From an uncultured Gammaproteobacteria bacterium (lineage in GTDB: Bacteria; Patescibacteriota; Patescibacteriia; Patescibacteriales; WJLG01), in assembly GCA_964395625.1 (NCBI GenBank), contig CAYNAR010000003.1, positions 5,857 to 69,856 of the forward strand: a stretch of DNA of 64,000 bases, written 5' to 3'. Shown here one piece after another: positions 30,610 to 37,686 of the stretch. Numbering within the stretch: the stretch's first letter is position 1; every line of letters begins with the position of its first letter. A model generated the notes under the pieces. It saw only the letters and a program-made list of their open reading frames with translations, did not search any database and was not told the DNA's origin. The position numbers and the translations under genes are program-made.

Positions 30610-33273
30610 ATGATTGAATCACATTCTTTGTCGGTAAAAGCTTGCCTAAAGGAGCTTAAGACTTCCGAAAAAGGATTGTCTTTAAAGGAAGCCTTTTCGC
30701 GTTTCGAAAAGAATGGGCCGAACGATATAGTAATAGAGAAGAAAATCTCTAAATGGAAAATATTTTTTAAGCAATTCCAAAGCCCTTTTATATATATACT
30801 GCTGTTTGCCGGCACTACGTCGTTACTGCTTAATGAAATAGCCAACGCCACCGTTATACTATCGGCAGTTGGGTTGAATGCCCTCGTAGGCTTTTTTCAG
30901 GAGAACAAGGCCAACGACTCCTTGAAGAAGTTGCGTGATTTGGTTAGACATCAAGCGATAGTGTTTCGTGGCGACAGAGAGAGAAAGATAGACGCTCGCC
31001 AAGTCGTGGTCGGAGATATCGTTATGATAGAGGTAGGATCACGTCTCCCCGCCGACGGTCGTCTGATAGAGTCCGCGGAATTATCGATAAACGAATCTTC
31101 CTTAACGGGGGAGTCCTATCCTTCGAAAAAGACGATTGATAAGCTCTCTCCGGGGACAGCTTTGCCGGATAGGAAAAATATGGTGTATGCCGGCACCGTG
31201 GCCGTTTCCGGTCGCGGTAGAGCGGTTATAACCGCCACCGGTAAAAATACGGAAGTCGGTAAAATATCCCGTCTTTTGGATATTCAGGAGGAATCCACCC
31301 CATTGCAAGAGAAGATAGAGGGTTTGGCTAAATTTCTAGCCACTATCTTTCTGTCTATTTGCGCGCTGGTTTTCGCAATAGGAGTATTTGAGGGGCGCGG
31401 TGTCTATGAAATGTTCTTGGTGGCCGTCGCCTTGGCTGTTTCCGCCATTCCCGAAGGACTTTTGATATCCATGTCTTTTATTTTGGTCATAGGCATGCAG
31501 AGACTCTTGAAGGTGAGCGCTTTGGCCAGAAAACTAGTCTCTGCCGAGACTTTAGGCTCCACCACCGTTATTTGTTCCGATAAGACCGGTACTTTAACCG
31601 AGGGGCGAATGGAAGTATCTCATATAATAATCGGCGAGAACGAATTCGAGGAGGATAATCCCGGCTCGCGCCAAGAGATGGGCGAGGCTAAAATGGTTCT
31701 ATTGGCTTTGCAGATCGGGGCGATGTGCAATAACGCGATAGTCGATAATCCGGAAGATTCTCTTAAAGAATGGGTTTTTTCGGGCACGCCGACGGAAGAA
31801 GCATTGCTTAAAGCGGCCTATGAGGCCGGAATAGATCGTTTCGAGCTTGAAAAGAAAGAGAAGCGCTTGGTCGAGAAGCAGTTCGATAGTGCGACGAAGT
31901 TCATGGCTACTATCAATAGCAGAGATAGCGGTTTTGTTATGTATGAAAAAGGCGCTCCGGAAATCGTTCTTGAAAAATCCAAGATTTTTTATCACAAAGG
32001 CGCCTTTACTCAATTGAAAGATTCAAATAGGCGTTCTATCGTCAAGAATTTCGAGAAAATGACTTCTTTGGGGTTTCGGTTGATAGCCGTGGCCTATAAA
32101 GATTTATCGTTGGACGACTTGAACAAATCTTCCACTCCTGATTGGGGTTCCCTTGATAGGGATTTGACTTTTGTAGGACTGATAGCCCTAAGAGATCCTT
32201 TGCGTTCCGATGCGAAAGACACTATCAGGGCTACTAAGGAAGCTGGAATAAGGCCAGTCATAATAACCGGTGATCATAGTCTTATAGCTGTCGCCATAGG
32301 TAAGGAGATCGGTTTAGAGATCGATAAAAAGACGATCGTTTCAGGTGATGAGTTGGACAAAATGGATGATAAGGAGCTCAAGAGGCGTTGCGCCAAGATA
32401 AATGTCTATGCCAGGGTCAGTCCGCACCACAAATTAAGAATAGTGAACGCACTGCGAGCGCGAGGAGAGGTTGTGGCGATGGCGGGTGATGGCGTCAATG
32501 ATGCGCCGGCGCTTAAAGTCGCCGATGTTGGAATCGCTCTTGGTAACGGTTCAGATGTCGCCAAAGAGGCTTCGGACATAATTCTGTTGAATAATAATTT
32601 CAAAGTTATTGTATTGGCGGTTGAAGAGGGGAGAAGGATATTGTCCAATTTGCGTCGCGTGGTGACATATCTGACATCCGATTCTTTTTGCGAGATAGTT
32701 TTGATTACCGGGTCGATATTGATCGGTGCCCCTTTGCCTCTTCTGCCGGTCCATATATTATGGCTAAATATCATACATGATGGAATGCCGAATTTCGCTC
32801 TATCCTTCGAGAAGACGACGAAGAAGATGATGAAGAGAAAACCGGACAAACGTTCCGCTTCCTTACTTACTCCAGAGATGAAGGCTATAATTTTCTTTGT
32901 AGGAATGGTGATTAATGTTGTTATCTTTGCCTTTTTCTTCTGGATGTATCGTCTTGGCGTGGCCATAGAATATCTAAGAACTTTAGTCTTCGGCATACTG
33001 GGCGTCAAATCTCTGCTCGCCATCTTTTCCTTAAGGTCTTTATCTCGCCCTATTTGGTTAATGAATCCTTTCGGCAACCCATATCTTTGGGCAGCCGTCG
33101 GGGTTAGTACTTTCTTGTTCTTATCGGCGATATATTGGGTTCCTTTGCAAATCCTTTTAAGTACTGTGCCATTGCATGCTAAGGATTGGTTGATAATCTT
33201 CTTCTTCTCTTTGATTAATCTTTTATTGATAGAGGGAGTTAAAGTGTTTTATTCTCTAAAGGTTAAAAAATAA
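30610..33273 (+). CDS. P-type cation-transporting ATPase, P2 (Ca2+/Mg2+, SERCA/PMCA-like).
   Basis: 'ICSDKTGTLT' phosphorylation site, 'TGES', 'ITGDH', 'MAGDGVNDAPALK', an N-terminal Cation_ATPase_N-like segment and 10 predicted TMs. Confidence 0.93.
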   Translation: MIESHSLSVKACLKELKTSEKGLSLKEAFSRFEKNGPNDIVIEKKISKWKIFFKQFQSPFIYILLFAGTTSLLLNEIANATVILSAVGLNALVGFFQENKANDSLKKLRDLVRHQAIVFRGDRERKIDARQVVVGDIVMIEVGSRLPADGRLIESAELSINESSLTGESYPSKKTIDKLSPGTALPDRKNMVYAGTVAVSGRGRAVITATGKNTEVGKISRLLDIQEESTPLQEKIEGLAKFLATIFLSICALVFAIGVFEGRGVYEMFLVAVALAVSAIPEGLLISMSFILVIGMQRLLKVSALARKLVSAETLGSTTVICSDKTGTLTEGRMEVSHIIIGENEFEEDNPGSRQEMGEAKMVLLALQIGAMCNNAIVDNPEDSLKEWVFSGTPTEEALLKAAYEAGIDRFELEKKEKRLVEKQFDSATKFMATINSRDSGFVMYEKGAPEIVLEKSKIFYHKGAFTQLKDSNRRSIVKNFEKMTSLGFRLIAVAYKDLSLDDLNKSSTPDWGSLDRDLTFVGLIALRDPLRSDAKDTIRATKEAGIRPVIITGDHSLIAVAIGKEIGLEIDKKTIVSGDELDKMDDKELKRRCAKINVYARVSPHHKLRIVNALRARGEVVAMAGDGVNDAPALKVADVGIALGNGSDVAKEASDIILLNNNFKVIVLAVEEGRRILSNLRRVVTYLTSDSFCEIVLITGSILIGAPLPLLPVHILWLNIIHDGMPNFALSFEKTTKKMMKRKPDKRSASLLTPEMKAIIFFVGMVINVVIFAFFFWMYRLGVAIEYLRTLVFGILGVKSLLAIFSLRSLSRPIWLMNPFGNPYLWAAVGVSTFLFLSAIYWVPLQILLSTVPLHAKDWLIIFFFSLINLLLIEGVKVFYSLKVKK

Positions 33274-33275
33274 AA

Positions 33276-33680
33276 ATGTGGAAAGAGAAAAGAAAAAAGA
33301 ATATCGTATCCGCCTTTTTGTCTAGTCCTTTGTTTTTATCTTTCGTCCTCTTGGGCCTTCTGGCAGCAATAGGTTTCCCTTTGTATGGGAATATTTCGAA
33401 CCGTTATCGGATAGATAACGAGATCGGCGATTTAAAAAAAGAGATCGAAGATTTGGAGGCCGGTAATAGTGATTTAAAGAAGCTACTTTCTTATCTGAAG
33501 TCCGAGCAATTCGCCGAAACCGAGGCGAGGATGAATTTTGGTCTTAAAAAAAGCGGCGAGGAAGTGGTTGTCATAAAAGAGGATGATCAAATGATCGAAA
33601 GTGGTGTTGCCGAAGAGTCCGAAGACGAGGAAGAATCATCTTTATCTAAATGGCTGAGATATTTTTGGGGTAAAAAATAA
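33276..33680 (+). CDS. Septum formation initiator family protein (FtsB/DivIC-like).
   Basis: Single TM 'LFLSFVLLGLLAAIGFPLY' followed by coiled coil 'IGDLKKEIEDLEAGNSDLKKLLSYLKS..F.E.EAR..(F)GL.K.GE.V'. Confidence 0.8.
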   Translation: MWKEKRKKNIVSAFLSSPLFLSFVLLGLLAAIGFPLYGNISNRYRIDNEIGDLKKEIEDLEAGNSDLKKLLSYLKSEQFAETEARMNFGLKKSGEEVVVIKEDDQMIESGVAEESEDEEESSLSKWLRYFWGKK

Positions 33681-33710
33681 AGAACGGATTGATCCGTTCT
33701 TTATTTTTTT
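33679..33710. terminator. Bidirectional rho-independent terminator.
   Basis: agaacgga-ttga-tccgttct flanked by an A-run on the left and a T-run on the right. It serves the + strand ftsB-like gene and the - strand tRNA-Thr/structured-RNA transcript. Confidence 0.8.
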
Positions 33711-33729
33711 GAGCCGAAAGTGGGATTTG
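33708..33729. repeat. Direct repeat (22 nt, tttgagccgaaagtgggatttg) of the tRNA-Thr 3' end. The second copy is at 33865-33886.
   Basis: Exact 22-mer at both positions. A partial inverted copy (caaatcccac) is at 33823-33832. Confidence 0.85.
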
Positions 33730-33856
33730 GTCACAACTCTCGTCGGCTTCCGCCTTCTCGGTCGCGACCCCAGCTCGCGGTTCTCGGCGCCAAAATTGCG
33801 CCTCGAACATCGCTCCGCTTTTCAAATCCCACATTGAGCCAAGAAGTTGGCTCAAT
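33711..33856 (-). ncRNA. Candidate structured RNA or palindromic insertion element of unknown class, GC-rich, lying between tRNA-Thr and the terminator.
   Basis: Minus-strand RNA features, in order: a 5' hairpin GAGCCA-ACUUCU-UGGCUC; a 10-bp closing helix GUGGGAUUUG/CAAAUCCCAC; GCGG/CCGC; a hairpin UUCGAGGCGC-AAUUUUG-GCGCCGAGAA with tandem G.A/A.G; and a hairpin GGUCGCGAC..GGC-GGAA-GCC..GUUGUGACC with a GNRA loop. The core is much more GC-rich than its surroundings. Confidence 0.45.
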
Positions 33857-33868
33857 TTATATAATTTG

Positions 33869-33940
33869 AGCCGAAAGTGGGATTTGAACCCACAACCTAC
33901 GGTTTACGATACCGTTGCTCTACCGTTGAGCTATTTCGGC
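33869..33940 (-). tRNA. tRNA-Thr (anticodon CGU).
   Basis: Hand-folded cloverleaf: GCCGAAA/UUUCGGC acceptor, U8A9, D stem GCUC/GAGC with GG, anticodon stem ACGGU/ACCGU, loop AU-CGU-AA, T arm GUGGG-UUCAAAU-CCCAC, discriminator U. CCA is not encoded. Confidence 0.9.
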
Positions 33941-33990
33941 TAACTTGGTATTATTAAATTATCATATAAGCTCACATAAAATCAAGTTTC

Positions 33991-35706
33991 ATGATCATTA
34001 ATAAAAAACTTTTTGTTTATCCTGTTTTTTTAGCTATTTTTTCTTTATCCTGCTGTGCCAATAATGCTTTGGCCGTCGACGGGATAGTTTTCGACGAATC
34101 AAGCCCGGCATCCTCTTCGATGTCTTCTTTTTCGTTTTCGACTAGTACGGAGGTGATCTCTGAGCCTGTTTCTACTCCGATCAATGAAAAATATTCCATA
34201 GAGTTGGATAAGGGGACTATAGCTAAGGGGTATACCGTGGCTCCGTTCGACGGTTCGTTGAAGCTTTCCTTGGTCCCTGGGATATTGTCTTCTTCAACCA
34301 GAGTGGACGCCGAGATATTGAATGAGAATATCGAATCTCCTTGGCGGTTCGATCGTTTGAGTCCCGTCTATCAATTCGAATTTCGCAACAAGGCCTCTTA
34401 CGACAATCACAAGCCTTTCTACATACAGATTTCTTACGATAAGGAGGACAATGGATTGAAGAAGGTTTTTTTCTACGACAAGACCGTGGGGGCTTGGCGC
34501 GAATTGCCGACGATCGATTTTCCGAAAGAGAAATTCGTTCGTTCTTTAATACACTTACCTTTCGCTCGCGTCGCTGTATTCACGGATAAAAGTGTCATGG
34601 GGAACGGTAAGGCTAGCTGGTATGCCTACAAGGGTGGTGACTTCACTGCTTCCACTTTCTTTCCCAAAGGATCCAAACTTCGTGTCTATAATTTGGCCAA
34701 CGGTAAATATGTCGATGTAGTAGTCAATGACTATGGCCCGGAAAGGAAGTTGCACCCCGATCGCGTAGTCGATTTGGATAAAGTCGCCTTTTCCAAGATA
34801 GCATCGATAAGGGACGGTATTATAGATGTCAAAGTGGAACCACTTTCGATCGTCCCTGATTCGCGCGGTTTTGTGATGGGCGTAGCTAAAAACGGCAAGG
34901 CTACGGTGTTGCCGGAGACGACTTCTCGGTCATTGGCTATTTTCGACGAGAAATCAGGAAGCTTTATTTATGAAAAGAATGCCTCCTCGTCTTTGCCGAT
35001 TGCCAGTTTGACGAAGTTAGTCGCTGCCAAGGTCTTTTTTGATCAAAATCCTGACTTGACCCGCGTGGTCGAATACAAGAAACAGGACGAGGATTTTAAT
35101 GCCACTTATTCCGATCCTGAAAGGAACGCCAAACTTAACGTCAAGGATGGTGAGACTATGACGATAGAGGATTTGGTCTATTCGGCCTTGGTTGGATCGG
35201 CGAATAATGCCGTCGAGTCCCTAGTTCGCGTCAGTGGTATCGCAAGAGACGATTTTATCGGCAAGATGAATGATTTTGCGGTATCCGTCGGTGCCTTAGG
35301 CACTAAATTCATCGAGCCGACCGGCTTGGCTTTTCAGAATGTGAGTACGGCCAAGGACTATGCTATAATGATAAAAGAAGTATTGGCCAATCCGGTTATT
35401 CAAAAGATAAGCACGACACCTAAGTACACTTTTAACACTATCAATACAAAAAAGCCACATACTCTCTATAATACTAATGCTTTTTTGCGAGAAGGACTAT
35501 TTGCCTTGGAGAATCGATTGAGCATAGTCGGTTCGAAGACCGGTTTTCTGGATGAAGCAAGTTATTGTTTGGCTACTAGTGTTTCCGGTCCTTCCGGTGA
35601 GAGGTTGACAGTGGTCAATTTGGGTGCAGCTACCAAAAACGACAGTTTTGAAGAAGTCAAAGAGCTGATAAGATACGGTCTTAAAAAAATTTCCGCCAAT
35701 GATTAA
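33991..35706 (+). CDS. Fusion protein with a signal peptide, an unknown N-terminal domain, an RlpA-like double-psi beta-barrel and a D-alanyl-D-alanine carboxypeptidase (S11, PBP5-like).
   Basis: RlpA/DPBB: 'GKASWYAYKGGDFTASTFFPKGSKLRVYNLANGKYVDVVVNDYGP...RVVDLDKVAFSKIA'. S11 motifs: SxxK 'IASLTKL', SxN 'GSANNA', KTG 'GSKTGF'. Confidence 0.85.
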   Translation: MIINKKLFVYPVFLAIFSLSCCANNALAVDGIVFDESSPASSSMSSFSFSTSTEVISEPVSTPINEKYSIELDKGTIAKGYTVAPFDGSLKLSLVPGILSSSTRVDAEILNENIESPWRFDRLSPVYQFEFRNKASYDNHKPFYIQISYDKEDNGLKKVFFYDKTVGAWRELPTIDFPKEKFVRSLIHLPFARVAVFTDKSVMGNGKASWYAYKGGDFTASTFFPKGSKLRVYNLANGKYVDVVVNDYGPERKLHPDRVVDLDKVAFSKIASIRDGIIDVKVEPLSIVPDSRGFVMGVAKNGKATVLPETTSRSLAIFDEKSGSFIYEKNASSSLPIASLTKLVAAKVFFDQNPDLTRVVEYKKQDEDFNATYSDPERNAKLNVKDGETMTIEDLVYSALVGSANNAVESLVRVSGIARDDFIGKMNDFAVSVGALGTKFIEPTGLAFQNVSTAKDYAIMIKEVLANPVIQKISTTPKYTFNTINTKKPHTLYNTNAFLREGLFALENRLSIVGSKTGFLDEASYCLATSVSGPSGERLTVVNLGAATKNDSFEEVKELIRYGLKKISAND

Positions 35707-36379
35707 ACTTTTCAACGCATATAAATCGTATAAGCCAGGACTGCCCGTCTTGAAGGATGTTAATCTGCATATCAAGCCGGGAGAGTTCGTGTCCATAGTC
35801 GGTCAATCCGGGTCCGGAAAGACTACATTGGTCAAAGTCCTTATCGGCGAGGAGAGAATAGACGATGGTAAAGTGGTTATAGGGGGGTGGGATATAACAC
35901 GTATCAATCGTCGCGAAGTTCCGTTTTTGAGGCGTCAAATAGGTGTCATTTTTCAAGACTATAAATTGCTTCCAAGGAAAACTTTATTCGAGAACGTCGC
36001 TTATGCGTTAGAAGTTTGCGGACAGGGTTCGGCGAGAATTAAGAAGATAGTCCCGCACGTTTTGAAGATCGTCGGATTAGAGGAAAAGATGCATCGCTAT
36101 CCTCATGAAGTTTCGGGAGGAGAGAGGCAGAGGACGGCCATCGCTCGCGCCTTGGTGCATAGTCCGAAAGTTCTATTGGCCGACGAGCCGACCGGCAATC
36201 TCGACGCCATAAACGCCAACGAGATAACCGACCTACTTTTGCATATAAATAAATTCGGTACGACAGTGGTCTTGGTCAGTCATAATAAAGAAATAATAAA
36301 TCGTCTCAATAAGCGCGTCATAGTCATCGACGGAGGACAGATAGTTTCCGATCGCGAGCGCGGTAAATACGCTTTATAA
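35699..36379 (+). CDS. ftsE: Cell division ATP-binding protein FtsE.
   Basis: 'GQSGSGKTTL', 'FLRRQIGVIFQDYKLL', 'VSGGERQRTAIARAL', 'LLADEPTGNLD'. It overlaps the upstream gene by 8 nt and is followed by ftsX. Confidence 0.92.
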   Translation: MIKLFNAYKSYKPGLPVLKDVNLHIKPGEFVSIVGQSGSGKTTLVKVLIGEERIDDGKVVIGGWDITRINRREVPFLRRQIGVIFQDYKLLPRKTLFENVAYALEVCGQGSARIKKIVPHVLKIVGLEEKMHRYPHEVSGGERQRTAIARALVHSPKVLLADEPTGNLDAINANEITDLLLHINKFGTTVVLVSHNKEIINRLNKRVIVIDGGQIVSDRERGKYAL

Positions 36380-36386
36380 AAATAAA

Positions 36387-37301
36387 ATGTCTTTTCTTTC
36401 TTTATTTCGTATAATAAAATTCAGCTTTCAGGATATCACTAGGAATATCTGGCTTTCTATGGTGACGGTTATCATCCTCATCTTGGCTTTGTTTTCCGTT
36501 AACATGCTTTTGGTGGTCAAGATAATCGGCACGGCTGCCGTCGGGGCGGTGAAGGATAAGATAGATATCAGTTTGTACATAAATCCCGAGTCTGACGAGA
36601 TGGAGGTTTTGGCTTTGAAGTCTCAAATTTCAAGATTGAGCGAAGTCAAGGAAGTCAAGTATATCTCCAAAGAGTCCGCCTTGGAGTATTTCAAAGAGAA
36701 GAATAGCGATAATCCGGAAGTCCTTCAAGCTTTGCGCGAATTAGGCAAGAATCCTTTAACGCCGACTCTAGTGATCTCTCCGAACAATGTTGAGAAGTCC
36801 GATAGCTTGATCCATGAGTTGAACAAGATTGAGAGCGATATTATCGAATCTAGGAATTTCACAGATCATAAGCAACTTCTGGCCAAGATAAATTCCGTGA
36901 CCGATAAAGTCACCAAGGCCGGCATCTTCTTGTCTTTGGTTTTTTTGTTAATTACGCTAATGGTGATATTCAATTCTGTCAGGGTTGCGATTTATACGCA
37001 CAATACCGAGATAGCCATCATGAGACTGGTTGGAGCTCCTAATTCTTTTATTTTCTGGCCATTCCTTTTGTCCGGGATTATATATGCATTGGTTGGCATA
37101 ATCGCTATAGTATTTATGTTCTATCCGTTCCTTAGTTTGTTGCAACCGTATCTCGAGACGTTTTTCGTCGGTTATAATATCGATATGGTGGATTATTTCA
37201 ATAAGAATTTCTTGCAGATATTCGGTCTGCAATTCGCCTTGATAGCCTTGATAAATATGGTCGCTTCTTGGTGGGCCGTTCGTCGTTACGCTCAAGTGTA
37301 A
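36387..37301 (+). CDS. ftsX: Cell division permease FtsX.
   Basis: Typical topology (TM1, extracellular domain 'DISLYI....E......I..L..VKEVKYISKE.AL..F', FtsX 3-TM domain 'EI.IMRLVGA...FI..PF') and adjacency to ftsE. Confidence 0.9.
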   Translation: MSFLSLFRIIKFSFQDITRNIWLSMVTVIILILALFSVNMLLVVKIIGTAAVGAVKDKIDISLYINPESDEMEVLALKSQISRLSEVKEVKYISKESALEYFKEKNSDNPEVLQALRELGKNPLTPTLVISPNNVEKSDSLIHELNKIESDIIESRNFTDHKQLLAKINSVTDKVTKAGIFLSLVFLLITLMVIFNSVRVAIYTHNTEIAIMRLVGAPNSFIFWPFLLSGIIYALVGIIAIVFMFYPFLSLLQPYLETFFVGYNIDMVDYFNKNFLQIFGLQFALIALINMVASWWAVRRYAQV

Positions 37302-37449
37302 AATTGGTGGCATAATGAAAAGATCGATATAAGTCGATCTTTTTTTGTTTATTTTAGAAGAGGACGAGAGGGATTTTGACAAAGATTTAAAAATACTTTA
37401 TATTCTAAACAGCGCCATTAATCGGTGCTTTTTTATAAGTATATAAATT

Positions 37450-37520
37450 TGGGAAGTCGTCCAATGGTAGGACAGCGGCCTTTGAAGCCGTTTATCATGG
37501 TTCGAATCCATGCTTCCCAG
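37450..37520 (+). tRNA. tRNA-Gln (anticodon UUG).
   Basis: Hand-folded: U1-A72 acceptor UGGGAAG/CUUCCCA, D arm GUCC-AAUGGUA-GGAC, anticodon stem GCGGC/GCCGU, loop CU-UUG-AA, T arm CAUGG-UUCGAAU-CCAUG, discriminator G (bacterial Gln identity features). Confidence 0.9.
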
Positions 37521-37574
37521 CATTACGCTACGCCCAGTAGGGGTAAATCCATGCTTTGTCGGCATATAACAAGA

Positions 37575-37602
37575 TCCCGGTCCAAAACCGGGACTTTTTT
37601 TA
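37575..37602 (+). terminator. Rho-independent terminator downstream of tRNA-Gln.
   Basis: tcccgg-tccaaaa-ccggga followed by ttttttt. Confidence 0.75.
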
Positions 37603-37686
37603 TTTGCTTTTTATCTTTTGTAGTGCTAATTTATATCGTTAACGTTGGTTCATTAAAACAATAATATCGGACAAGGAGAATTTATC

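Noticed and set aside
33646-33855. 69-aa ORF on the minus strand covering the GC-rich element next to tRNA-Thr.
   Set aside because: The region is better explained by RNA-type secondary structure and tRNA-derived repeats. The ORF runs through a bidirectional terminator and has no SD.
33711-33856. Possibility that the structured element is the small SRP (4.5S) RNA, given its long hairpin with an internal loop, a 3-bp stem and a GGAA tetraloop.
   Set aside because: The near-universal domain IV nucleotides (5' AGG / 3' AGCA flanking the tetraloop stem) are not present; here the flanks are GAGAA / GACGA. The overall fold is branched rather than a single extended hairpin. An Infernal scan should confirm this.
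37425-37664. 79-aa + strand ORF.
   Set aside because: It contains the complete tRNA-Gln gene and its terminator, so it is not a protein gene.
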